Source: a virus | Taxonomy: Duplodnaviria > Caudoviricetes | DNA length: 57,230 nucleotides | Direction: 5' to 3' (one strand) | IMG/VR virus record: IMGVR_UViG_3300026097_000027 | Span: 1 to 57,230 of that record | Shown: positions 1-9,477 of the stretch, piece by piece | Position numbering within the stretch: position 1 is the first letter of the stretch | Layout of the letters: every line of letters begins with the position of its first letter | Translations under genes and position numbers: made by a program | Notes under the pieces: model-generated | Databases searched by the model: none | What the model was told of the DNA's origin: nothing | The model's input: the letters and a program-made list of their open reading frames with translations, nothing else

Positions 1-458
1 CCAACAGGTAATGGTCCATTTGTAGCATATTTTTTACGATCCTCATTAGTCAAATCCACTGCTTCCGATCCGCCTAGTGCAGGGACCATTTGATTAACAA
101 AATTACCTGGAACGCAGGCGAACCAATATCCTTTACCAGACTTACCGTCTAAAAATACCACCAAAACATTTGTACCTACATCAGGAGGGACAAACCACAT
201 TCCGTAACTTTTTTGTGTGTTATTAAAATCTTTGTTATCTATACCGGTAAATGCAGTATGTGTATTTCCAAAAAACGGAAATGCCGGTTTTACCTCATAA
301 GGAAAATCGCCTTGTTCATTACCAACATTTTTAACAAGAGTGACTTGTAATCCTCCGCCAAATGTAGGATCTAAATGGCCTATTACTGTAGCAAGTTGAA
401 TACCTTCACCTGGATTAGGGCGGTTAGGATTATTATCTGGTAGTCTTTTTTCAAACAT
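1..458 (-). CDS. Baseplate central spike, T4 gp5/VgrG-like N-terminal OB-fold (partial, runs off the window start)
   Basis: Not in the ORF track; read manually. ATG at 458-456 overlaps the TAA of the upstream gene (TAATG). Translation MFEKRLPDNN...ATVIGHLDPTFGGGLQV...SYGMWFVPPDVGTNVLVVFLDGKSGKGYWFACV has the gp5 OB-fold pattern (DP...G; P.vG..V.V.F..G). It follows the hub gene. Confidence 0.75.
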   Translation of the reverse strand, partial: MFEKRLPDNNPNRPNPGEGIQLATVIGHLDPTFGGGLQVTLVKNVGNEQGDFPYEVKPAFPFFGNTHTAFTGIDNKDFNNTQKSYGMWFVPPDVGTNVLVVFLDGKSGKGYWFACVPGNFVNQMVPALGGSEAVDLTNEDRKKYATNGPLPV

Positions 459-3400
459 TATTGTTTAACCTTGTTAAGTAAATTTTGTTTTTGTGTTTCT
501 AGTTCTTTAATTCGTTCTATATCTTCGTTAAGATCGCCAGCATCAAGGAATAGTTCAGTTTGAGGACGACTAACAGGTGTAATATTATCATAGGCTGCTT
601 CTTCTGCATCTCTGTATGGCTGTCTAACTTTATCGTATTCTGCACGTAGATTATCGATTCTTTGTTTTTCTGCTATAGCAGCAGGATCATTAGGGTTTGC
701 TTCAACAGCTTTACCAGCAGCAACAATATCTTTAAATTCGTATCCTTTATCATAAGTTCTTTCAAGTTCTTGTCTATCTGCTGTTGCTTGTTCGGCTATT
801 GCTCTTCTTCTATCAATTTCGGGCTGAAGTGCATCCTGCTGTGCAAAGTTTTCTTGTAACTGCTGCTCTAGTTCTGGTCGAGTTCCGCCAGCTCTTTGTT
901 CTATTTGTGCAATTTCGTTATCAATTTCTTCTATTTGAGATTCTACAACACCTTCTTCATTTTCAGACAGTCTGGTTTCTTCATCGGCTAACGGTGTTTC
1001 TTCAAAATCAGGAGTATTTTCTTCGCTTACAGTTTCTGAATCTGTGGGCTGTTCTTCTTGTCCTCCAGTTTCTGTTTGAACATTTTCACCAGTGCCGTCT
1101 GGTGGTGATGGAGGTGGCTGATCTGGCCTTTCGTTTGATTGAGACCTAATTTCTGTAGAAGCTGCAGAGTCAATAAATCTATCAATTTTAATATTAAAAC
1201 TTTTTGTATCGGGTGCAATGTGTTCTGCCGGTTGCTGTTTGGCAAATTCTTGGTCAAATACACCTACAGATTCTTTTTCTTTATCTAATGACTCATCGAA
1301 ATCTATAGATTGGCCTCGCATTCTAATACATTTTAAAGTTTGTTTAAACAACCCGTCTTCAAAAATATTAACACAACTGATGACTTTGTAAATTCCACTA
1401 AATGGGCTAATAACTTCTTCTTTAGAAAAGTTGTATAAACTAGTCGAAGTATTAACATCTGCCGGCGTTCTAAAAGTGATATAAATGTAGATATCACTGC
1501 CTTCGTAGTTCGCAGTACCGTCTTCGTTTTTAAGTTCAGTTTCATCCGATGGGGGTGAAAAGTAATTAGTCAGGCCGCTGTCAACCATCCAATACGGATC
1601 ACCCATTATTTCTAGATTGAGATTTACTAGATCAACATTATTATTAAGAAATGCATTGTTAAACATCATTGCAATTTCTTTTTCTCTAGTACTTGTACCT
1701 TCTGCATCAGAACTTTCTTTATAAGGTGCTGATTTTCTAATTCGGGCTGGGAAATAACCAGTTTGTACTTTAAGAGGATCGCCTGTGCCTGTTTCCAACG
1801 GTGTCGGCGAATCGCCATCGATAACGATGCCACCTTGATTCTTTTCTACTTCATCGCCAGTTTTGCCAGGGGGACTGCCAGTGATTGCATTAAAGAATTG
1901 ATTTTTAATACTAATATCAAATTTTAAGACGTCTGTGTTTTGCCCTGTGTAAATATAATTGTAAGCTTTGACAATTTTTTTGGCTAACTTATCATATCCT
2001 ACTGGCGGAGTAGTTGGGTTTGTAAAAATGCTGTGATGTATTTTAAATGGCACAACACGATATGTTATTAATCGACTGTAATCGCCAACTAGCTTGTCAT
2101 AATCTAAAAACTGTATTTGAGCATCTATTCTGAACCAACTTATAAATCCTTCATCATCTATATTGCTAGGTTTAAGTGCATCTGCTGCATATTTTGAACT
2201 TAAAATACTCTGAACTATGATTTCAGTAAGGCTTTGATTTTGTTTAAAATGAAAAGTTCTCTGTTTAAAATCGATCTGCATTTTGTCACGAATAATTCTG
2301 CCTGTTTCTTCATCAACAACATCAGTAGCACGACTAAATTTATAGTTTCCTCCACTAGATTCGTCGAACCCAAAAACACTGGCTCCTATTGGGTTTTCTC
2401 CAAATTCCAGTTTAATATCCGAGCCAACACTGCTTATCGGGCGAGCTGAAAATCTATTAATTAATTGTGTAGCAGTGTTAGATCCAGAAGCGACTACACT
2501 GCTTACAAATTGATCAGAATTGGTAGGGAATTCTACAATGTACACATCAGGTTTTCCGATCAGTCCTGCCTCGACTAATCTGCTTTCATTATTGTTTAAC
2601 ACGCTGGTTAAACTGTCTGAACCTTCTACCAGTAGTTCTCTAACTGTACCCTTTTTTCCTGGACTTATTGCAATATCTTTAAAAATAGAATTTATAGTAT
2701 TACTGTATGCACTGTGATTATACGGTATGGCGGTCAGTTTATATGTACTTCCGCCTTCATTAACATCAAAGGTTGTATTTGTAATTTTAACTGTAAAAAA
2801 CTTTGGTTTAATAGTAGTAAATGGTGTGCCATCTTCACTGTAACCTTGCATGTCTAGTCTAAACACATAAGGAGCATTATCTAAATAGTTTGCATATCCT
2901 GCATTAAGAGCAGCATTTTGCATACTTTGTAATAAGATGCCCATACTATATGGTTCATAGATTTCTAATTCAAACAGTACAGCATTAGAATTACCGGTTT
3001 GAGGAGTGGCTGTTATTATGGATTTCATTTCGAAACTTTCGACAAAATATTCCGGACTTCCATGAAATGTACTAACACGCTGACTGTTAAATCTTCCAGC
3101 ACTTGAAAAGATAATATTTTCTAAACTTGCAGGATTATTTCTATATAAATCTGGTTGATTAAATTGATCTTTAGTTAAACAAGCCATGGTCCAAAGAGGA
3201 GTGTATGATGCAAACTGCTCTAATGGGTTTAATAATCTGTTAGGCAATTTTTCATTCGATGTAGGCTGTGTTTTAGTAGGATCTGTTATTTGTTCAACAG
3301 GTTCCCCATTTTGAAAATCTTGGATGGCTCCTTGAAGATCTAATCCTGTAATAACTGTAGCTTCGCCTTGATTAACCTTTTCGCTGTCATTGGCTTTTTT

Positions 3401-3619
3401 ATATAACGGCACGCCATTTTCATCTCTACGAAGTTTGCCATCTGGACCAAACTTTTGCTGATACTGATCTAGTTGTTCTTGACTTCCGTAAACTCTTGAT
3501 TTTTTACCATTTACAATAGTATCAACATAGGGTTGACTCCTATCAATATTATAGTTGCCTGTTGACAAACTTCCAGTGCCACCTGTGGTAATAACTTTGC
3601 GTTCAACAAAATCTACCAT
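458..3619 (-). CDS. Baseplate hub/tail protein (gp27/gpD-like core) with acidic and coiled-coil C-terminal extension
   Basis: 1053-aa ORF between a gp53-like gene and the spike gene. The LNLEIMGDPYW...FSGIYKVISCVNIFEDGLFKQTLKCIR segment is typical of hub proteins in this phage group. Confidence 0.6.
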   Translation of the reverse strand: MVDFVERKVITTGGTGSLSTGNYNIDRSQPYVDTIVNGKKSRVYGSQEQLDQYQQKFGPDGKLRRDENGVPLYKKANDSEKVNQGEATVITGLDLQGAIQDFQNGEPVEQITDPTKTQPTSNEKLPNRLLNPLEQFASYTPLWTMACLTKDQFNQPDLYRNNPASLENIIFSSAGRFNSQRVSTFHGSPEYFVESFEMKSIITATPQTGNSNAVLFELEIYEPYSMGILLQSMQNAALNAGYANYLDNAPYVFRLDMQGYSEDGTPFTTIKPKFFTVKITNTTFDVNEGGSTYKLTAIPYNHSAYSNTINSIFKDIAISPGKKGTVRELLVEGSDSLTSVLNNNESRLVEAGLIGKPDVYIVEFPTNSDQFVSSVVASGSNTATQLINRFSARPISSVGSDIKLEFGENPIGASVFGFDESSGGNYKFSRATDVVDEETGRIIRDKMQIDFKQRTFHFKQNQSLTEIIVQSILSSKYAADALKPSNIDDEGFISWFRIDAQIQFLDYDKLVGDYSRLITYRVVPFKIHHSIFTNPTTPPVGYDKLAKKIVKAYNYIYTGQNTDVLKFDISIKNQFFNAITGSPPGKTGDEVEKNQGGIVIDGDSPTPLETGTGDPLKVQTGYFPARIRKSAPYKESSDAEGTSTREKEIAMMFNNAFLNNNVDLVNLNLEIMGDPYWMVDSGLTNYFSPPSDETELKNEDGTANYEGSDIYIYITFRTPADVNTSTSLYNFSKEEVISPFSGIYKVISCVNIFEDGLFKQTLKCIRMRGQSIDFDESLDKEKESVGVFDQEFAKQQPAEHIAPDTKSFNIKIDRFIDSAASTEIRSQSNERPDQPPPSPPDGTGENVQTETGGQEEQPTDSETVSEENTPDFEETPLADEETRLSENEEGVVESQIEEIDNEIAQIEQRAGGTRPELEQQLQENFAQQDALQPEIDRRRAIAEQATADRQELERTYDKGYEFKDIVAAGKAVEANPNDPAAIAEKQRIDNLRAEYDKVRQPYRDAEEAAYDNITPVSRPQTELFLDAGDLNEDIERIKELETQKQNLLNKVKQ

Positions 3620-3620
3620 G

Positions 3621-3920
3621 TTATACTCCTAAGTATTTTTGTAAGTTACTTTTTTTAGGAAGGTAAATTGATACACCTGGTTTAAAATCATAAATTGGAT
3701 CTTTTAACACACTCATATTTCTTTGCACAAAAACCCACCATAGTTTAGCATTACCATAAAGGTCGTAGGCCAACAAATCTGGGCGATTTTCATATTGATT
3801 TTCTATAACATACAATACATCATTCTGTTCGGCTGGAACTGGGCGAATAGTTAAAAGTTCTAGATAGCTTCTATTTTGCTTGGTCTGTGAATAAGGACTG
3901 GATTTTGGATATGTTGCCAT
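3621..3920 (-). CDS. Baseplate wedge protein, gp53/LysM-like
   Basis: Motif YENRPDLLAYDLYGNAKLWWVF...N...L.DP...FKPG..IYLP. Confidence 0.8.
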   Translation of the reverse strand: MATYPKSSPYSQTKQNRSYLELLTIRPVPAEQNDVLYVIENQYENRPDLLAYDLYGNAKLWWVFVQRNMSVLKDPIYDFKPGVSIYLPKKSNLQKYLGV

Positions 3921-5071
3921 TATAAGTATCCTATATCTTTACTGCTAGAGCTGGTTAGGTTACCTGTAGCATATGCTCTTAGATCAAACTCTCGTAAATT
4001 TCGTCTGTTGTATATTGGCTTTAGAGTTACTGAAAGTCTACTCACAATCGGTACCCAAGTTGCTTCAACTTCTCCAGGTACTGAACACTTAATATAGTTT
4101 ACATCTTCTTCTAAGTTTAAATTAAAACTTGTTACTACAACAGGAACATTGTTAAACATGTTTGTTCCATAGCCGCTCAAATGGCAAATCACAGGAGGAT
4201 TTCCTACATTAGGTCCTTGTCCATAAAACATTTTTGTAGCAGTCTTGAAAAATGTTACTGCGCATAACCAATAATATGCGTCTTCATTGGTTTCTGCAGA
4301 GAACTCTCCACTGATTTGAATATCATCAATTTGACTGTTCTTATAAGCTAGAATGGGATAATTAGTATGTACTGGGTCGATTTGTGTGTAGTTTGCTCTT
4401 GATGAGAAAGTAATTTGAGGCGTATATGGAAAAACTACGCCGCCTGTAGTGGCTAGTTTTGTAAACATACCGCCATTAAATAAACTGAAATCTGTTTTAA
4501 TTCGAACACGCCAATCGTTTTTATTACTAGCCTTTAATACCAAAGGCTCATTGGGAACCTGAGCAAATACATCTGCTCCTTGAGGAATGTTGGCACCACG
4601 TCTGAGACTTAACAAGTTACCTGCTATACCTGCTGCTTTGCTAAACACCCCAGCTGTTTGGGAAATCCCCGATGCAACATCACCTAAACCGAATTTACTT
4701 GCAACTGCTTGTATATCTGCGGCAGTATTGGCGATAACTCCGGCAGCATCCGACGCTGTGGTTAAATTTTCTCCAACAGTTTTGGTGTTAGATACAGCAC
4801 TTGCAGTTTTTCCAAATGCAGTTTTGATGCCGTCAGGCGCATTTGGTTGTCCATCTGCATTTAAAAATCCTTCTAATCCGCCAAGAAGACCTGACGCGGT
4901 ATCTCCGGATATGAGTCCGCCGCTTTCGGCTTCAATATCTTTGCTGAGTTTTGCTTTGTCAATTGCGGCAAACTCTTGTGCCGCTGTAGCAATATCAATA
5001 TCGTACTGGGCATTTGCAGCTTGTATATCTGCAACAATTTTTGCCTGTGGGTTAGAGGGCAATCTTGGCAT
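3920..5071 (-). CDS. Baseplate tail-tube initiator (gp48/gp54-like) with Ala/Gly-rich N-terminal region
   Basis: The C-terminal half (GVVFPYTPQI...GNPPVICHLSGYG..MFNNVPVVVTSF) fits a tube-fold baseplate protein. It lies next to the gp53-like gene, with a late promoter upstream. Confidence 0.6.
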   Translation of the reverse strand: MPRLPSNPQAKIVADIQAANAQYDIDIATAAQEFAAIDKAKLSKDIEAESGGLISGDTASGLLGGLEGFLNADGQPNAPDGIKTAFGKTASAVSNTKTVGENLTTASDAAGVIANTAADIQAVASKFGLGDVASGISQTAGVFSKAAGIAGNLLSLRRGANIPQGADVFAQVPNEPLVLKASNKNDWRVRIKTDFSLFNGGMFTKLATTGGVVFPYTPQITFSSRANYTQIDPVHTNYPILAYKNSQIDDIQISGEFSAETNEDAYYWLCAVTFFKTATKMFYGQGPNVGNPPVICHLSGYGTNMFNNVPVVVTSFNLNLEEDVNYIKCSVPGEVEATWVPIVSRLSVTLKPIYNRRNLREFDLRAYATGNLTSSSSKDIGYL

Positions 5072-5098
5072 TTTGGTATCTTTATCCTATCTTTTATC

Positions 5099-5106
5099 TA
5101 TTTATT
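5099..5106 (-). promoter_or_regulatory. T4-type late promoter (AATAAATA) for the baseplate operon
   Basis: 7/8 match to the T4 gp55 consensus TATAAATA, 28 nt before the ATG at 5071. Confidence 0.6.
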
Positions 5107-5118
5107 CAGCAAATAATA

Positions 5119-5127
5119 TGCTACTAT
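5119..5127 (+). promoter_or_regulatory. Extended -10 sigma70-type promoter (TGcTACTAT) for the gp55-like gene
   Basis: TGnTACTAT followed by SD AAGGAG (5135-5140) and ATG at 5152. The same -10 hexamer occurs at 6017. Confidence 0.45.
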
Positions 5128-5151
5128 ATTAATCAAGGAGTCCTTTACATA

Positions 5152-5997
5152 ATGACAAAAAGAGTAAAATATCTAAACAATCGAGACTTATTAAAAGAAA
5201 TACACAAAAGCAAAAACACATATTGCAGTTTTACGGAAAAAGAATACAATCAATATGATTTGATTGTTTCTGACCTTGATAAAATTCATGTGAGGACAAC
5301 AGCAGAAGCAAAACGCAATCAAGCTTCTAGAATGGCTAAGGCTGCCTATGAACAAGCCTGTGCCGTAGCAACTGGAAAGAAACCTACACAAAAAGAATTT
5401 GAAATTGATTATCGAAAAATTGCAAAAACAGATGTGGTATTTAGAGTAATGTCTTTTGAGCATATTCCGCTTGCACCTGGCAGGAAGAAAACTGTAAAAA
5501 CCACGGCAGACAAGCATGAGAAGGTAAATTTTCCTCCGTTTCAACATTGGAAGTTTGATGATAACGGAAATCTTATCTGTGTAGGAAAAAGTCATTGGAA
5601 AGGCGATATTCACACTGGTGAATTTTGCAAAGAACATGGAATGACCACAAACGAACTGGCTAAAATGTGGATGAAGCTCTGCGAACGCTATGCTACTCGT
5701 GGCAATGTCCGTGGATATACTTATAATGACGAAATGCGTGGGCAGGCTATTTTACAGTTAGCACAAATTGGTTTACAATTTGATGAAAGTAAATCAGATA
5801 ATCCGTTTGCATATTATACCGCGGCTGTTACAAACAGTTTTGTTAGAATTATCAATATTGAAAAGAAAAATCAAAACATTCGAGACGATATTTTAGAAAT
5901 GAACGGTATGAATCCTAGTTGGACTAGACAAAACGAAGGCAGGGACAACGGTCTTGTTCATGAACGAGGTACCGGAAAGGATACTGACTGGGATTGA
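5152..5997 (+). CDS. gp55: Late-transcription sigma factor, T4 gp55-like
   Basis: YLNNRDLLKEI N-terminus and N.RGYTYNDEMRGQAIL...QFDESKSDNPFAYYT.AV.NSF.R.I..EKK motif; upstream of gp47/gp46 as in T4. Start moved to ATG 5152, which has the SD AAGGAG. Confidence 0.85.
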   Translation: MTKRVKYLNNRDLLKEIHKSKNTYCSFTEKEYNQYDLIVSDLDKIHVRTTAEAKRNQASRMAKAAYEQACAVATGKKPTQKEFEIDYRKIAKTDVVFRVMSFEHIPLAPGRKKTVKTTADKHEKVNFPPFQHWKFDDNGNLICVGKSHWKGDIHTGEFCKEHGMTTNELAKMWMKLCERYATRGNVRGYTYNDEMRGQAILQLAQIGLQFDESKSDNPFAYYTAAVTNSFVRIINIEKKNQNIRDDILEMNGMNPSWTRQNEGRDNGLVHERGTGKDTDWD

Positions 5998-6022
5998 CAT
6001 TTGTGTATAAAGATCTTACTAT
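5994..6022 (+). promoter_or_regulatory. Sigma70-type promoter TTGACA-N17-TACTAT
   Basis: Perfect -35 (5994-5999), 17-nt spacer, -10 TACTAT (6017-6022), then SD GAGG and ATG 6040. Confidence 0.75.
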
Positions 6023-6039
6023 GTTATTGAGGTATATTA

Positions 6040-7050
6040 ATGGCACTATTTAAAAAGGCTGCTTGTTTCACCGACATCCATTTCGGTCTTAAAAGCGGAA
6101 GTAGAATTCACAACAACGATTGTGAAGAGTTTGTTAATTGGTTTTGTGCAGAAGCAGTGAAAGAAGGCTGCGATACATGCATCTTTTTAGGTGACTGGCA
6201 TCATAATAGAAACAGCACAGATGTTTCTACAATGAACTACACTCTAAGCAATCTAGAAACATTAAGCAAGACTTTTGAAAAGGTGTATTTTATCCTTGGC
6301 AATCACGACTTGTTTTATAAAGACAAGCGTGAGATTAACTCAGTAGAGTTTATGCGACTGTTTCCTAATGTTGTTCCTATTAGAGAGCCATTTACAGAAG
6401 GCGATGTTACTATTTTACCTTGGTTAGTAGGCGATGAATGGAAAAATATCAGTAAAATTACCAGTAAATATCTGTTCGGACATTTAGAATTACCCAGCTT
6501 TTATATGAATGCTATGGTACAGATGCCAGATCATGGCAACTTACAAAGCACACATTTTGTTAATCAAGATTATGTATTCAGCGGACACTTTCACAAGCGT
6601 CAGCAAAAAGGCAACATTGTGTACATGGGCAATGCATTTCCACACAACTATGCAGATGCATGGGACGATGAGCGTGGTATGATGATTTTAGAGTGGGACG
6701 GAACTCCTGAATATCGTTCTTGGCCTGATCAACCTCTATATCGCACATTTAAGTTGAGCGATTTAATTGATCGAGCTGATTCTGTGTTAACAAATAAAAT
6801 GTATTGTCGTGCAACTATTGATGTAAGTTTAAGTTTCGAAGAAGCAAACTTTATCAAAGAAGAATTTATTAAGACTTATGGATTAAGAGAACTTATTCTT
6901 ATTCCTGAAAAAGTAGAACTTGATTCTAACAGCACACCTATTGACTTAAATTTTGAAAGTGTAGACACTATTGTGTTAAATCAACTTACTCAAATTGAAA
7001 GCGAAGCCTACGACGGCAAATTGTTATTGGATATCTATAGAGAACTATGA
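6040..7050 (+). CDS. gp47: Recombination endonuclease subunit, Mre11/SbcD-like (T4 gp47)
   Basis: Metallophosphoesterase motifs DIHFG, LGDWHH, GNHD, GHLE, SGHFH. Confidence 0.92.
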   Translation: MALFKKAACFTDIHFGLKSGSRIHNNDCEEFVNWFCAEAVKEGCDTCIFLGDWHHNRNSTDVSTMNYTLSNLETLSKTFEKVYFILGNHDLFYKDKREINSVEFMRLFPNVVPIREPFTEGDVTILPWLVGDEWKNISKITSKYLFGHLELPSFYMNAMVQMPDHGNLQSTHFVNQDYVFSGHFHKRQQKGNIVYMGNAFPHNYADAWDDERGMMILEWDGTPEYRSWPDQPLYRTFKLSDLIDRADSVLTNKMYCRATIDVSLSFEEANFIKEEFIKTYGLRELILIPEKVELDSNSTPIDLNFESVDTIVLNQLTQIESEAYDGKLLLDIYREL

Positions 7051-8822
7051 TTAAAATTAAAAATCTCACAGTCCGCAACTTCATGAGTGTGGGCAATCAA
7101 ACACAGGCTATTGATTTTGACAAAGGTCAGCTTACTCTAGTACTAGGTGAAAACTTAGATCTTGGAGGAGATGCTGACGGTGCTCGTAACGGTACCGGTA
7201 AAACTACAATTGTAAATGGGTTAAGTTATGCTATCTACGGATCTGCACTCACAAACATTAAAAAAGACAATTTAATCAATAAAATAAACAGCAAACAGAT
7301 GTTAGTAACTTGCAGTTTTGAAAAAGATGGTGTAGAATATCATATCGAGCGTGGTCGCAGGCCTAATCTATTAAAATTTAAAGTTAACGGTCACGAACAA
7401 GAGACTAGCGATCACGACGAAGCACAGGGCGACAGTCGAGAAACACAAAAAGCCATTGAAGAAATTTTTGGCATGGGTCACGACATGTTCAAACACTTAG
7501 TTGCACTCAACACATATACCGATCCATTCTTAAGCATGCGTAGCAACGATCAACGAGCTATTATCGAACAATTGTTAGGTATTACGCAATTAAGTGAGAA
7601 GGCTGAGAAACTAAAAGAGAGTATTCGATTAACTAAAGACGAAATTAGTACAGAAACTGCAAAAATTGATGCAATCAAATCTAGTAATGACAGAATTTTA
7701 CAGAGTATTGAGAGTCTAGAACGCAAACAGCGTCTGTGGGAAGAAACTAAAAAGAAAAATATTAGTGATTTAGAAAAATCTATTGATGTTCTAAATCACA
7801 TTGATATCGATCAGGAGATTGAACTCCAAAGAGCTAAGGCGATATGGGTTGAAAGCAAGCGTGAGATTGATAATATACAGAGTTTGATTGCAAGACAGAC
7901 TGCAACCGTTGAAAAAGAGCAACGAGTTTTAGAAAAATTAGAAAAAGAACTGGTTACATTGCACGATCACAAATGTCATAGTTGCGGGCAGGATATTCAC
8001 GACGATCAACACGAAGAAATGTTAAGAAAAAAAGCTGATCAAGTCAACGAGTATCAAAAGTCTGTTGAAGAACACGGAAAAGAACTTACCGGCTTAGAAG
8101 AAGCAAGAACATTGTTAGGCGAGCTTGGCAATTGTCCTAGTGTACAATATGATAATTTAGAAGAAGCACTTAATCATAGAAATACTTTAGAAGGATTACA
8201 AAAAGATTTAGAATCTAAACGTGTAGATGAGAATCCTTATAATGATCAAATCGAAGAATTGAGAAATTCTGCAATACAAGAAATTAGTTGGGATATTATA
8301 AACGATTTAACTCGTGTTAAAGAACATCAAGAATTTTTATACAAGTTGCTTACAAACAAAGACAGCTTTATTCGTAAAAAGATTATTGATCAAAATTTAG
8401 CATTTTTAAATCAAAGATTAACATACTATTTGTCTAGTCTAGGACTACCGCATCTTGTAGAGTTCCAAAACGATTTAAGTGTTATTATTACACAACTAGG
8501 CCAGGATTTAGACTTCGATAACTTGAGTAGAGGTGAGCGTAATAGACTCATTTTGTCAATGAGCTTTGCTTTCCGCGATGTTTGGGAAAATTTATACCAA
8601 AGTATTAACTTATTGTTTATCGATGAGCTAGTTGATAGTGGCATGGATACCAGCGGTGTGGAAAATAGTATTCGTGTTCTTAAGAAAATGACTAGAGAAC
8701 GCGATAAAAATGTGTTTTTAATCAGTCACAAGGACGAACTAATTAGTAGAGTTAATCAAGTCCTTAAAGTTGTAAAAGAAAACGGCTTTACTTCATATAA
8801 TACGGATGTTGACATTATATGA
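7047..8822 (+). CDS. gp46: Recombination ATPase subunit, Rad50/SbcC-like (T4 gp46)
   Basis: Walker A NGTGKT, coiled coil with CHSC zinc hook, signature LSRGE, Walker B LLFIDE, H-loop ISH. Confidence 0.93.
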   Translation: MIKIKNLTVRNFMSVGNQTQAIDFDKGQLTLVLGENLDLGGDADGARNGTGKTTIVNGLSYAIYGSALTNIKKDNLINKINSKQMLVTCSFEKDGVEYHIERGRRPNLLKFKVNGHEQETSDHDEAQGDSRETQKAIEEIFGMGHDMFKHLVALNTYTDPFLSMRSNDQRAIIEQLLGITQLSEKAEKLKESIRLTKDEISTETAKIDAIKSSNDRILQSIESLERKQRLWEETKKKNISDLEKSIDVLNHIDIDQEIELQRAKAIWVESKREIDNIQSLIARQTATVEKEQRVLEKLEKELVTLHDHKCHSCGQDIHDDQHEEMLRKKADQVNEYQKSVEEHGKELTGLEEARTLLGELGNCPSVQYDNLEEALNHRNTLEGLQKDLESKRVDENPYNDQIEELRNSAIQEISWDIINDLTRVKEHQEFLYKLLTNKDSFIRKKIIDQNLAFLNQRLTYYLSSLGLPHLVEFQNDLSVIITQLGQDLDFDNLSRGERNRLILSMSFAFRDVWENLYQSINLLFIDELVDSGMDTSGVENSIRVLKKMTRERDKNVFLISHKDELISRVNQVLKVVKENGFTSYNTDVDII

Positions 8823-9046
8823 GTTCCGATTCCCACGATAAAATGATTGAAGCATTTCAAAATTATTTCAAATGGCAAGATCGTTTTGAGTATCGTGGGA
8901 GTGATGAAGCAGGTATGCGAGCTCGAAAATGGCTGAGTGAGATTAGGAAAGAAGCTTCGAAGAGACGCAACGAAATACAAGAGAAGCGCGAAGAGAGAAA
9001 AATAGCCAGAAAAGGCATGGTAGGGAGACCGAAGAAAACTAAGTAA
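8819..9046 (+). CDS. Small basic protein, possibly histone H1-like (Hc1-like) nucleic-acid binding
   Basis: 75 aa. AGMRARKWLSEIRKEASKRR resembles the AG.RARK helix of Hc1-like proteins, and the tail is K/R-rich. ATGA overlap with gp46. Confidence 0.45.
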   Translation: MSSDSHDKMIEAFQNYFKWQDRFEYRGSDEAGMRARKWLSEIRKEASKRRNEIQEKREERKIARKGMVGRPKKTK

Positions 9047-9051
9047 GTCTG

Positions 9052-9477
9052 ATGTCAGAGTGGACTTACAATGGTCAAATAGTACAAGAACTTCCTAAAG
9101 ATTGTGAAGGCTTTGTCTATTTGATCACAAATACTACTAATAATAAAAAATACATAGGCAAAAAACTAGCACGATTTAAAAAAACTAGACCACCACTTAA
9201 AGGCAGAAAAAATAAAAGGCGTAGCACAGTAGAAAGTGACTGGAGAGACTATTGGGGATCTTCAGATCATCTAAATGCTGATGTAAAGACACTAGGCCCA
9301 GACAAATTCACAAGAGAAATCCTTCATTTTTGTCCTAGCAGAGGCGTATTAAGTTATCTAGAGGCTAAAGAGCAATTCGACAGGCGTGTACTAGAAACGG
9401 ATGAATACTATAACGGTATTATCAATGTGCGTGTAGGCAGTTCAAACATTCTTAAAGAACATCTTAAAAAATTATAG
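9052..9477 (+). CDS. Minimal GIY-YIG endonuclease
   Basis: GFVYLITN...KKYIGKK, YWGSS, catalytic E (YLEAKEQ) and YYN motifs. Only 141 aa, with no C-terminal DNA-binding modules. Confidence 0.8.
   Translation: MSEWTYNGQIVQELPKDCEGFVYLITNTTNNKKYIGKKLARFKKTRPPLKGRKNKRRSTVESDWRDYWGSSDHLNADVKTLGPDKFTREILHFCPSRGVLSYLEAKEQFDRRVLETDEYYNGIINVRVGSSNILKEHLKKL

Noticed and set aside
5065-5151. Longer N-terminus for gp55 (likewise 11017 for tape measure, 11065 for gp26, 20582 for the MGRP gene)
   Set aside because: These extensions cross promoters or neighbouring genes. The downstream ATGs fit SD or promoter positions and typical N-termini better.
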